A stretch of 64,000 bases of DNA from an uncultured bacterium (GCA_963695095.1 CAVOFT010000001.1:800001-864000), one strand, 5' to 3'. Positions 50,167 through 64,000 are shown, numbered from the stretch's first letter. Translations and numbers: made by a program. Notes: generated from the sequence alone by a model not told the origin.

Positions 50167-51533
50167 ATGGACAAGGTGATCGCCAGGATCCGCGGCGCCG
50201 CCGAGCGGCAGCGCGCCGAGCTCTTCGAGCTGCTCAGCATCCCCAGCATCAGCGCCGAGCCCGCCCGCAAGGCGGACATGCAGCGCACGGCGCAGTGGCT
50301 GCTCACCAAGCTGCAAGGCATGGGGGTGAAGAGCGAGATCATCCCGACGCCGGGCCACGCCCTGGTCTACGGCGAACACCTCGCCGCCAAGGGCGCGCCC
50401 ACGGTGCTCATCTACGGCCACTACGACGTGCAGCCCGTGGATCCGCTCGAGCTCTGGACCACGCCGCCCTTCGAGCCGACCATCCGCAACGAGGCCGTCT
50501 TCGCGCGCGGCTCCTCGGACGACAAGGGCCAGGTGCTCTGCCACCTCCTCGCCGTCGAGGCCCTGCTCGCGGAGACCGGCGGCCTGCCGGTGAACCTGAA
50601 GCTCCTCATCGAGGGCGAGGAGGAGGTCGGCAGCCCGAACCTGACGCCCTTCGTCGCGGCGAATCGCGAGAAGCTCGCCTGTGACGCGCTGGTCGTGAGC
50701 GACAGCGCCTTCTTCGCCAAGGGCGTGCCCAGCCTCGTCTACGGCCTGCGCGGGCTCTGCTACATCGAGGTCTTCTTGCAGGGGCCCAACCGCGACCTGC
50801 ACAGCGGCAGCTTCGGCGGCGGCGTGACCAACCCGGCGGACGCTCTGGCGGGTATGATCGCCGCGCTGCACGACGGCGAGCGCCGCATCGCCGTGCCCGG
50901 CTTCTACGACAAGGTGCGCCCGCTCAGCCCCGCCGAGCGCGAGGAGTACAAGCGCCTGCCGCACAGCGACGAGGCCTACATGAAGGAGCTGGGCGTCAGC
51001 GGGCTCCTCGGCGAGGCCGGCTACAGCACGCTGGAGCGGGTCTCGGGCCGGCCGACGCTGGAAGTGAACGGCATCTGGGGCGGCTACACGGGCGAGGGCG
51101 CGAAGACCGTGCTCCCCGCCAAGGCGGCCGCCAAGATCAGTTGCCGCCTCGTGCCCGACCAGGACCCGGACGAGATTGCCAAGCTGCTCGAGGCGCAGCT
51201 GAAGCGCCTGGCGCCGGCCGGGATCAAGGTCGAGGTGAAGCAGCACCACGGCGGGCGGCCCTTCATCGCCGCCCTGGACAGCCCCTACATCGAGGCCGGC
51301 AAGGCCGCCCTGGCCGCCGCCTTCGGCAAGCAGCCCGTGCTGGCCCGCGAGGGCGGCAGCATCCCGGTGGTGGAGGCCTTCCACCGCGAGCTGAAGGCAC
51401 CGGTGGTGCTCATGGGCCTGGGCTTGCCCGACGATAACCTGCATTCTCCCAACGAGAAGCTGGACCTGGAGCAGTTCCACAAGGGCATCGAAGCGGCCGC
51501 GCACTTCCTGGCGCTGGCGGGAAAGGTGAGGGG

Positions 51534-51537
<4 letters not shown>
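50167..51537 (+). CDS. M20 family dipeptidase
   Basis: [35 protein letters not shown] and HSPNEK. Confidence 0.9.
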
Positions 51538-52722
<1,185 letters not shown>

Positions 52723-52730
<8 letters not shown>

Positions 52731-52836
52731 TCTCGGCGCTCTGCTGCTGAAGGGGCTGCTCATCCTCGTCGCCCTCATCGCGCTGCGCGAACTGCTCAAG
52801 CGCGGCGGCGGCAGCGGCGGCTGCTGAGGCTCCTAG
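52723..52836 (+). CDS. small single-TM protein (34 aa to TGA at 52825-52827; 37 aa if UGA is read as Sec)
   Basis: GGAGG SD 6 nt before GTG, overlapping the ACAD stop; [48 protein letters not shown]3-rich codons. Not in the ORF track. Confidence 0.65.
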
Positions 52837-52855
52837 CTGCCGCGGTCGCGGCAGG

Positions 52856-56005
<3,150 letters not shown>

Positions 56006-56159
56006 CTAGCGTTGAGTCGTTTCTCCATATCTGCAACAGGCGGACACTAGCGGATCCACACGCCATTCTCAAGATCCTCGGCGCGGAAACAGGATCAGCC
56101 GAGATGCCTGCGAAGGGGTAGGAGCGCCCAGCCCCCTCCTGGCGGCCTTGCGGTGCTCG

Positions 56160-56318
56160 CTACTGTACGCCGACGATGCCCCCTCCCGGCAGCGCCGCAG
56201 TGCGCGCATTGCCGAGACCGGCGTCGGGCCCGCCGAAGCGCAGTCCGTTCGCCGCGGCATATGCCGCACACACCGCATCGACATCCTTGGTCACGATTTC
56301 GAGGTAGTAGAACTGCAT
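56160..56318 (-). pseudogene. truncated VOC/glyoxalase-like protein (52 aa)
   Basis: MQFYYLEIVTKDVDAVCAAY..GLGNARTAALPGGGIVGV resembles the first half of a VOC-fold protein, then stops. Confidence 0.5.
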
Positions 56319-56540
56319 CGGGCATGGTCCTCGGCTAAGGAAGTCGTCCGTACTCGTCCTGGCTGACGCGCAGCCTAGCACGGAATCCGCAACGGCGACC
56401 ATGAGCACGCGAACCGCGAGTTGAGCACCCCGAGGTCGGGATCGTCTTGGCTCCCGCCGCGGCCGGGGTTATTCTCCCCGCGACCGTGTAAACAGCCTTC
56501 CGCCTCGCCTCGTCATCGGGCCAAGCAAGGAGACGCGACG

Positions 56541-57134
56541 GTGACTGGCGACAACAAGCATCAGCAAGACAGGGAGCGCGCCCAGAGAGCCTTTGCGGGC
56601 GACGAGCGAGCCTGGCGGGCCATCTACGACGAGACCTGCCAGACGCTCTTCAACCTGCTGGCTTTCCAGACCGGGGATCGCGACGCCGCCCTCGACCTCC
56701 TGCAGGAGACCTACCTCACGGCCCTGCGCCGCCTGGACCGCTATCGGGGCGATGGCCCCCTGGGGGCCTGGCTGCGGCGCATCGCCCTGCGCAAGGCGCT
56801 GGACTGGCGCCGCGGCTTCGTCAGCCGCGCGCGCCGGCACCTGGCCTTCGGGCTCGCCGCGCCGCAGGAAGCGCCGCCCGCGCCCGCCCCGCACTTCGCG
56901 GGCGAGCGGACGGCCTTCCTCGCCGCGCTCGGCCGGCTCTCGGCCAAGCAGCGCGCCGCGCTGATCCTGCGCGAGGTCGAGGACCTCTCCTTCACCGAGA
57001 TCGGCAGCGCCCTGGGCTGCCGCGAGGCGACGGTCCGCGTGCACCTGCACCGGGCCAAGGAGAGCATGCGGCGCGCCCTCGGGCAGGGCGAGCGCCCCCT
57101 CTTTGCCGAGGAAGCGGAAGGATGGCAGCCATGA
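56541..57134 (+). CDS. ECF RNA polymerase sigma factor
   Basis: GDERAW..IY, DLLQETY, WLRRIA and region 4 'LS.KQR..L.LRE.E.LS..EI...LGC...TVR..LHRA'. Confidence 0.9.
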   Translation: MTGDNKHQQDRERAQRAFAGDERAWRAIYDETCQTLFNLLAFQTGDRDAALDLLQETYLTALRRLDRYRGDGPLGAWLRRIALRKALDWRRGFVSRARRHLAFGLAAPQEAPPAPAPHFAGERTAFLAALGRLSAKQRAALILREVEDLSFTEIGSALGCREATVRVHLHRAKESMRRALGQGERPLFAEEAEGWQP

Positions 57135-59451
57135 AGCAGCACTTCGACAAGCACGCCCACCGGCTCAGCGAGAGCGAGCGGGAGCTGATCTGGCGGCAGA
57201 TCGGCAATGCGAACCAGCAGGAGCGCCGCCGCCGCGTCCAGTTCATCACGGCCTTCGCCGGCGCCGGCGCCGTGGTGGCGGCGGGGCTCATCCTGGTCGT
57301 GATGCTCAGCGACCGGAACCCCGAACGCCGGCTCGAGGAACTGAGCCCGCGGGACCTGCCCGAGATGGGCGCGCCGCGCACCGACGGCGGCGATGCTCTC
57401 GCCGGCCGGCCCGCGGGCCAGAGCGAGATGCGGCAGGCCGAGGAGTCGCGCGCGGCTGCCGAGACGCCGCCGGCAGCAGCCGCCCCCGGGGGCGGGAACG
57501 AAGGCAAGGCCGCGGGCCCGACGACGCCCGTCGACGCGTCCACCGTCGCGGCTCCCGAGGCGGGGCGCCGGGACGCCGCGGCCGATCGGGCGACGCCCGA
57601 TCACGCGGCCGACACGCCCCCGGGGGCGGCTTCGGCTCCCTTGACCGCCAGTCCCGAGGTCGCGCCGCCCACCTACGCCCACGAGAAGGTGCTGGTCGAG
57701 GCCGAAGCCGGCCGCTCGTGGACGTGAAGAGCTCCGAATCGCGCAAGTCCAAGGGTCCGCGCGAGCACAGTCCCTATTCAGTGGACAACATCCGCGAGGG
57801 CATGGCGCTGCAGGCGAATCCAGTGCCCGCGTCCGCTGGCAAGGGGCAGCAGCTCCGCGTCGACGAGCCGCGCCTGGAGCGCACCCTCATCGCCGGGCGC
57901 TGGGACGGCGACGACGAAATCCGCGCCGCCCGCCGCCGGCGCTGCTGGATCCCGCCGGACTATCGCAACGTGAACGGCGAGCCCTTCGACGCCATGTACT
58001 TCCGCGACTACGGCACGAACCCCTTCGTCGTCACCGCGGAGGATGCCCTGTCCACCTTCGCCGTGGACGTGGACAACGCCTCCTACACGCTGGTGCGCCG
58101 CTACCTGGACGAGGGCGTGCTGCCGCCTGCGGCAGCCGTCCGGGTCGAGGAGTTCGTCAACTTCTTCGACCCCGGCTACGCCAAGGTGCGCCGGGACGAC
58201 TTCGCCCTTCACGCCGACGGCGCGCCGGCGCCCTACGGCGAAGGCTATCACCTGCTGCGCCTGGGCCTGCAGGCCCGTAGCATCGACCGGGAGGACCGCC
58301 GGCCGGCCAACCTGGTCTTCGTGATCGACATCTCGGGCTCGATGGACAGGGAGAACCGCCTGGGCCTGGTCAAGCGCGCCCTGCGCATGCTGCTCGACGA
58401 ACTCAACGACCATGACACCGTGGGCATCGTCGAGTACGGCACGACCGGCCGCATCGTGCTGCCGCCCACCTCGCTCGAAGACCGCCGCGACCATCGAGCG
58501 CGCGATCGCGAGCCTGCACAGCAACGGCAGCACCAACGCCGAGGAGGGCCTCGACCTCGGCTACACCATGGCCAGCCGCGTCTACGACGCCAAGGCCGAT
58601 CAACCGGCTCATCCTCTGCTCCGACGGCGTGGCCAACACCGGCGAGACGGACGCCGAGCGCATCCTCGACAAGGTGCGCTACCAGTCCGACCGCGGCATC
58701 CACCTGAGCACCATCGGCTTCGGCATGGGCAACTACAACGACGTGCTCATGGAGACAGCTGGCCGACAAGGGCGACGGCAACTACTACTACGTCGACCGC
58801 CTGGACGAGGCCGAGCGCGTCTTCCGCGAGAACCTGACCGGCACGCTGCAGACCATCGCCCGCGACGCCAAGATCCAGGTGGAGTTCGACCCCGAGCAGA
58901 TCGCGCGCTAGCGCCTGCTCGGCTACGAGAACCGCGACGTCGCCGACCGCGACTTCCGCAACGACGCCGTCGACGCCGGCGAGATCGGCGCCGGCCACCA
59001 GGTGGTGGCCCTCTACGAGATCAAGCTCAGCGACGAGGCCGAGCGCTGCCTGGACGGCCGCGGCAAGCGCAACGAACCGCTTTCGCTCGGCGTGCTGCGC
59101 CTGCGCTACGAGAAGCCGGAGCAGGACCGCCGGGCCGGCCAGGTGGTGGAACTGGAGCGGCGCATCACCACCGCGGACCTCACGCGCGGCATCGAGCGCA
59201 CCGACGCCCGCCTGCGCCTGGCCGCCCTCGCCGCCGAGTTCGCCGAGATCCTGCGCGGCAGCTACTGGGCGCGGGACGGCCGCCTGACCGACCTGATCGG
59301 CCCCGCGGCGCGCCTGGCCGAGGAACTGCCCCGGGACGAGGCCGCGCGCGAGCTGGCTCGGCTCATCGAGCGGGCGGCCCGGCTGGATGGCGCGGGCCGC
59401 AGCGACCGGGACCGCGAGCGCTGGGACGAGCCCCGCCGCGGGCGGGACTAG
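57131..59451 (+). CDS. membrane-anchored vWA-domain protein (YfbK-like, DUF3520-type); 4 frameshifts and 1 in-frame TAG
   Basis: STFAVDVD.ASY, VRVEEFVN.F, MIDAS DISGSM, GSTN..GL, SDG.AN.G, TIARDAKIQVEF and GYENR..DF.ND.VDAGEIG; breaks at ~57712, ~58485, ~58598, ~58757 and TAG at 58909. Confidence 0.8.
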
Positions 59452-59548
59452 CCTTGAACCGTCGAGAGGAATGCGCGTGCCGACGCTGGACCCGTGCCAG
59501 CGGCGGCGCGCGCCGTTTGTGACCACGGCTTTTCTCATCGCGACGCAC

Positions 59549-59577
59549 TTGACTGCCGTGCTTGATCATAGTATAAT
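59549..59577 (+). promoter_or_regulatory. near-consensus sigma70 promoter for the HNH gene
   Basis: TTGACT-N17-TATAAT. Confidence 0.75.
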
Positions 59578-59623
59578 GTAGGCCTCCCCGCCTCCCGCGA
59601 CCTCGTCCTGGCGAGGTCTTCCC

Positions 59624-60683
59624 ATGTCCGAGTTCGTGCCGAATCTCCCCGCCGCCGCGGTGGATGCCCAGCCTGCGCGCGGCCGTCGCCGCCTTGCGCC
59701 GCGCCGAACAGAGCGCCGTGCTCTGGTTCGCCGAGCTGATGCGCCGGCGCCTCTATCGCGACTGCGGCTACTCCAGCATTCATGCCTACGCCGAGGCCGT
59801 GCTGGGCTTCGGGCAGGCGAAGACCTATCAGTTCATCCGGCTCGCCGAGTCGCTCGACAGTTTGCCCGAGCTGCGAGCCTCGGTCGAGGCCGGCGAGATG
59901 CCCTGGACCAAGGCCCGCAGCGTGGCGGCGGTCGCCACGCCGCGCTCCGAGGGCCAGTGGATCGCGCTCGCGAAGGCGAGCAGCGCTCGTCAGCTAGAAG
60001 CACGGATCCGCGAGAGCCGCGGCGAAGCGCGGCGCGATCGCGGCCAGGGCGACTTGCTGGCGCCTGGCCCTGGGCCGATCCCCACCCCCGCGCCGGTCCC
60101 CGCACCGGCGCCAAAGGTGCAGGTCAGCTTCACGCTCGAGCCCGAGCAGCACGCCCGCTGGCTGGCCATCGTCGAGCGCCTGCGCAAGCAGGGGCACGCC
60201 GAGGCGAAGGAGGAACTGCTGCTGGCTGCCTTCGCGGCACTGGCCGAGGCGGAGTGTACACGTGTACAAACCGAGGCCGAGTGTACACGTGTACAAAGCG
60301 AGGCACCGTATCAGGTCGTGATCTACCGCTGCGAGGAGTGCGGCGCCGCTCGCCTGCCCGACGGGCGCCCCCTGGCCCCGGCGGTGGCCGCGCAGGCGGC
60401 CTGCGACTGCCGAACGCAGCGGGAAGGCGAGCCAAACCGGGCGTCGATCCCGCCGTCTCTTCGACGACAGGTGCTTGCGCGCGACGGGCACCGCTGTCAA
60501 GCGCCAGGCTGCCGGTCCACGCGCTTCCTGGAGGTGCACCACCGCGAGCCGCGCCGGCGTGGCGGTCGCAACAGCGCGGCGAACCTGATCACCCTCTGCG
60601 CGGCCTGCCACCGACTGCTGCACGAACGCGGCGTGGGACTTACCGCCGCCCTGCCGGTAGCGGGCATGCCGAACACGGGCTAA
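59624..60683 (+). CDS. HNH endonuclease with helical N-terminal (DUF222-like) region (frameshift ~59669)
   Basis: GYSSI..YA...LG at the N-terminus; IPP..RR.VL.RDG.RCQ.PGC....LEVHH...GG.N...NL.TLC..CH..LH at the C-terminus. Confidence 0.85.
60244..60297 (+). repeat. 27-bp tandem repeat, each unit with a 14-bp perfect palindrome
   Basis: ccgagg(c)(g/c)gagTGTACACGTGTACAaa twice; palindromes at 60255-60268 and 60282-60295. Confidence 0.9.
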
Positions 60684-60981
60684 TTCACTCTAGCTAGGAT
60701 CCGTCACGCTTCCGCTTGGCGGGCGAGGAGCCGCTTGTGCACAGGCCTGAAGACGGATCAAGGCTGGGCGGCCGCCGCCCTTGACCGGCGCGGCTGCGTC
60801 CTGTGCCGCCAAGGACCGCCGCTTGCACAGGTTCGAGGCCCCGGGCGGCAGCGCCCGGGGCCGCCGCTTGAAACATCCCCCCTGCTTGCGCGAATATCTG
60901 CCTTCCGGCCCAAGTAGTGCGGGCGTTCTCCAGCGCCGCCCAGCGCCATCGCGGCGCCCTCGAAACCCTGTGGAGGCTCCC

Positions 60982-61278
60982 ATGATCGGTTTCGGCGTGC
61001 TCATCGTCGCCTTGTTCAGCGTCGCGCTCCTGCTCGGCCTCGTCTTCACCGTGCTGGGCCTGGTCTTCAAGCTCATCTTCCTGCCCTTCCAGATCGCCTT
61101 CTGGCTGCTGCGCGGCGTCTTCGGGCTGGCGCTGGGGGTGCTCGGCTTCATCCTCTTCCTGCCGATCATCGGCATCGCGCTGCCCTTCCTGCTCGTGGCC
61201 TTCGCCCTGCCGCTGGCCGTGATCGCGCTCATCGTCTGGCTGGTCAAGCGCAGCGCGGTGAGCGGGTCCGGCGCGTGA
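60982..61278 (+). CDS. small hydrophobic membrane protein
   Basis: 98 aa, almost all hydrophobic; GGAGG SD; GTGA-coupled to tag. Confidence 0.7.
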   Translation: MIGFGVLIVALFSVALLLGLVFTVLGLVFKLIFLPFQIAFWLLRGVFGLALGVLGFILFLPIIGIALPFLLVAFALPLAVIALIVWLVKRSAVSGSGA

Positions 61279-61853
61279 GCGCCGCGCGCGAAGCCAAGCG
61301 CTGCGTCTGGGCCGGGCAGGATCCCCTCTACCTCGCCTATCACGACCGCGAGTGGGGGGTGCCCGTCCACGACGATCGCCTGCTCTTCGAGTTCCTCGTG
61401 CTCGAGGGCGCGCAGGCGGGCCTGAGCTGGCGCACCATCCTGGGCAAGCGCGAGCGCTACCGCGAGGTCTTCGCCGGCTTCGAGCCCGCCAAGGTGGCCC
61501 GCTTCGACGCCCGCAAGCGGGAGCGCCTGCTGGCCGACCCCGGCATCGTGCGCAATCGGGCCAAGGTGGCCAGCGCCGTGGCCAATGCGCGCGCCTTCCT
61601 CGCCGTTCAGAAAGAATACGGCAGTTTCGCCGCCTATCTCTGGCGCTTCGTCGGCGGCGCGCCGATGCAGAACCGCTGGCGGGCGCTGAGCGAGATCCCC
61701 GCCGCCACCGCCGAGTCGCAGGCGCTGAGCAAGGCCCTGCGCGCTCGCGGCTTCAACTTCGTCGGCCCGACGATCTGCTATGCCTTCATGCAGGCCGTGG
61801 GCATGGTCAACGACCACACCGTCGACTGCTTCCGCCACCGCGAACTGCGCTAG
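61275..61853 (+). CDS. tag: DNA-3-methyladenine glycosylase I
   Basis: RC.W..YHD.EWG.P..DD..LFE...LEG.QAGLSW, IVRNRAK and FVGPTICYAFMQAVG.VNDH...C. Confidence 0.95.
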   Translation: MSAAREAKRCVWAGQDPLYLAYHDREWGVPVHDDRLLFEFLVLEGAQAGLSWRTILGKRERYREVFAGFEPAKVARFDARKRERLLADPGIVRNRAKVASAVANARAFLAVQKEYGSFAAYLWRFVGGAPMQNRWRALSEIPAATAESQALSKALRARGFNFVGPTICYAFMQAVGMVNDHTVDCFRHRELR

Positions 61854-61904
61854 CGCCCACCGCGAGCTGCGCTAGCGCCCGCCGCGCGCCGCCTGGCAGG
61901 CGGG

Positions 61905-61933
61905 TTGAAGCCTGTCGCAGTTCGTGTTACAAT
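61905..61933 (+). promoter_or_regulatory. sigma70 promoter
   Basis: TTGAAG-N17-TACAAT with extended TG. Confidence 0.6.
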
Positions 61934-62048
61934 AGCGAAGCACCTGCCGGGCCTGCCACGATCAGGGCTAGCGCATTCTCTGCGCCATTCCCCTTGGCCC
62001 ACGCTTCGAGGATCCGCGTCCGGCGTACCGACAGCTCAGGAGGACAGA

Positions 62049-62594
62049 ATGAAGAGATTGCTTTCGATTCTCGCCCTGCTCGCCCTCTGTGCCGGCCCCG
62101 CCCTGGCGCAGGACATCAGCGGCAGCACGGTGACGGTGGATCCGGTCGAGGACCAGAACGGCGTCACCTACATGTGCTTCACCGTCACCAACGGCAGCCT
62201 CGACTTCGAATGGCTCACCGACGTGATCATCACCCTGCCGGCCTGCATGCTGATCCTGGACGTGCCCCCGGCAACCGCCAGCCCCGGGCCCGGCTCCGAG
62301 CCCTTCAACAGCGCCGCCACCGTGACCTTCGAAGGCTACGGCACGAACATCGCGCACTGGAGCGGCGCGGACGAGTTCGGCTATGGCTTCCTGCTGGGCG
62401 AGAACGCCGGCGAGTTCTGCATCACCGTGGAGATCAACTGCGCTTGCGACAATATCTATCCGATGGGCTGGACCCTGCTCGGGGACACCTTCGGCGATCC
62501 CCCGCACACCGCGGGCGGCTCGATCGACTTCCTCGTGCTCTGCAGCACGGCGACCACGGATGGCACCTGGGGCAACATCAAGTCCCTGTACTAG
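62049..62594 (+). CDS. secreted hypothetical protein with C-terminal TWGNIKSLY tail
   Basis: Signal peptide MKRLLSILALLALCAGPALA|Q, beta-rich Cys-containing body, ends STATTDGTWGNIKSLY; SD AGGAGG. Confidence 0.8.
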   Translation: MKRLLSILALLALCAGPALAQDISGSTVTVDPVEDQNGVTYMCFTVTNGSLDFEWLTDVIITLPACMLILDVPPATASPGPGSEPFNSAATVTFEGYGTNIAHWSGADEFGYGFLLGENAGEFCITVEINCACDNIYPMGWTLLGDTFGDPPHTAGGSIDFLVLCSTATTDGTWGNIKSLY

Positions 62595-62637
62595 TCCTCG
62601 CGATTGCCGGGGCCCTGCGGCCCGGGCAGATTCCTCG

Positions 62638-62669
62638 GGCCCTCGGCTCCGCGCCGGGGGCCTTTTCTT
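62638..62669 (+). terminator. intrinsic terminator
   Basis: ggccctcggc / gccgggggcc stem followed by ttttctt. Confidence 0.75.
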
Positions 62670-62693
62670 GTCGGGGGCCGGCGCGCGCCGCGC

Positions 62694-64000
62694 TCAGGGC
62701 GCGGAGCGCCAGAGGGCGCGACCCTCGCGGTCGATGATGAGCAGCCGCTCGCCGGCCACCACCAGCGCGACGCCGCCCGCGAAGGGCGTTCCCGCCGCGT
62801 AGCGCGGCGCGATGCGCTCGCGTCCGGCCGCGTCCACGTAGCCGATAAGGCCCTCGCGCTGCACGGCGGCCAGGCCCTCGGCGAAGCCCATGCCCTCCTC
62901 GTAGCGGCAGGGGATGGCGAGCCGGCCCTGCGCGTCCACGTAGCCCACGCGGCCGTCCAGGGTGACCGGCGCCAGGCCCTCGGCGAACTCGCCCGCGTAC
63001 TGGAAGCGCGGCGCGAATCGCGAAGTCGCCCCGGGCGGTGATGAAGCCCACGCCGCGTCCGTCCAGGCTGGCGGCGGCCAGGCCCTCGGCGAAGGCGCCG
63101 CTCCAGGCGAAGCGCGGGGGAATCGCCCAGGCGCCGGTGCGGTCGATGTAGCCGCCCAGGGAATCGAGCACCGCCATGCAGAGGCCCTCGTGGAAGGCGT
63201 CGACGCCGCGCCAGCGGGGCGGGATCGCCAGCTCGCCGGCCATGTCGATGAAGCCGATGCGCAGGCTGTCCAGCGAGACGGCGGCCAGGCCCTCGCTGTA
63301 GGCTTCCGCCCAGGCCCAGCGCGGCGGGCTGAGCTCGCGGCCGGCCGCGTCGAGATAGCCCCAGCGGCCGCCGCGTCGATAGGGCCGCCGGCCCTCGCGG
63401 AGGGCGCCGAGGGTCTCGTAGGCCGTCTCGCTCGCGTACTCCCCGCTCAGGGTGAGCAGGCGCCAGGCCCCCGCCGCGTCCTGGTAGGGCAGGGGCCCCA
63501 GCGCCTCGGCGAGCTGGGCGGCCGGCAGGCCCGGCGCCTCCGCCGCGTCCAGGAGCAGTGGGTAGCGGCGCAGGCGGCCTTCGCCCTGGTCGACCAGGCG
63601 CGAGGGCAGGCCGCGGTAGAGGGCCAGGGCCTTGAGCGGCGGCAGCTCGCGATGGGCCAGGAGTAGGGCGCCGAGGGCGGCGCGATCGGCCGCGGCCAGG
63701 CGCAGGCTGTCGCCGCCCGCGGGGACGAGGGCCAGGAAGGGGTCGTCCTCGAGCAGGGAGACGCGCCAGCCGGGCGCCAGGCCGCCGCCCTGGGCGGCAT
63801 CGGCGGCGGGCGGGGTCTCGCCGGAGGCCAGCGCGAGCAAGACGCAGCGGTTCTCCCCCTCGAGCAGGAACTCCGCGCCGGGGCGCAGGCGCGCCGCGGC
63901 CAGGGCTGCGGGTGGCGCGGCCGCGATCTCGAGGAAGGCGCCGGCCGCCAGGCTACGCGGGGCCGGGGGCGTCGCGGGCCCGGCGGGATCGGCCTCGCCG
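62694..64000 (-). CDS. WG-repeat protein (5'-truncated by window edge; frameshift ~63015)
   Basis: About 6-7 repeats of G(Y/F)ID..G..AIPP.(W/F/Y)....F.EGLA.V. Confidence 0.85.

Noticed and set aside
58909..58911. Pyrrolysine or amber readthrough in the vWA gene
   Set aside because: The position corresponds to an aromatic residue (Y/W-RLLGYENR), one substitution from TAC/TGG, in a gene with four other errors; no pyl genes are seen.
59624..60683. IscB/Cas9-like RNA-guided nuclease
   Set aside because: No PLMP N-terminus and no split RuvC motifs; the HNH is C-terminal.
60700..60875. CRISPR or TIGR-like array
   Set aside because: The repeated word is only 7-8 nt with irregular spacing, and there is no cas or Nop-domain gene; kept only as a structured region.

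Overview
A 64 kb, very GC-rich bacterial chromosome segment holding about 57 genes, mostly housekeeping. I found no rRNA, tRNA, CRISPR array, integrase or transposase. Main contents in order: AddAB-type helicase/nuclease pair; a four-gene type IV minor-pilin cluster (FimT/PilV/PilW/PilX-like) whose PilW-like member is a 1051-aa FN3-repeat protein; PBP5; thioredoxin; RlpA; iorAB; cytochrome c; ptb-buk; cation-chloride cotransporter, MscS and a histidine kinase; moaC-moeA; PTS IIA; rsgA; Ser/Thr kinase; Csp; HU; split Gln-dependent NAD synthetase; rsmI; tmk; CtpA; alr with a HerA-like ATPase; dusB; larBC; M20 peptidase; acyl-CoA dehydrogenase; katG; ECF sigma with a vWA protein; an HNH nuclease; tag; and a WG-repeat protein. 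About 13 single-base frameshifts in otherwise intact genes most likely reflect read or assembly errors. Best leads: (1) two unrelated secreted proteins share a C-terminal [TS]W[GS]xIKxLY tail, a candidate uncharacterised sorting signal that also suggests a Krumholzibacteriota/Latescibacterota/Eisenbacteria-like host (inference); (2) an unannotated 34-37 aa membrane micro-protein ends GGC-UGA-GS and is followed by a SECIS-like hairpin (candidate selenoprotein); (3) the giant pilin-adhesin fusion lies in a cluster with no PilY1; (4) the HNH gene has a near-consensus promoter, a sequestered RBS, palindromic internal repeats and a structured 3' region. All family assignments come from motif recognition by eye; no searches were run.
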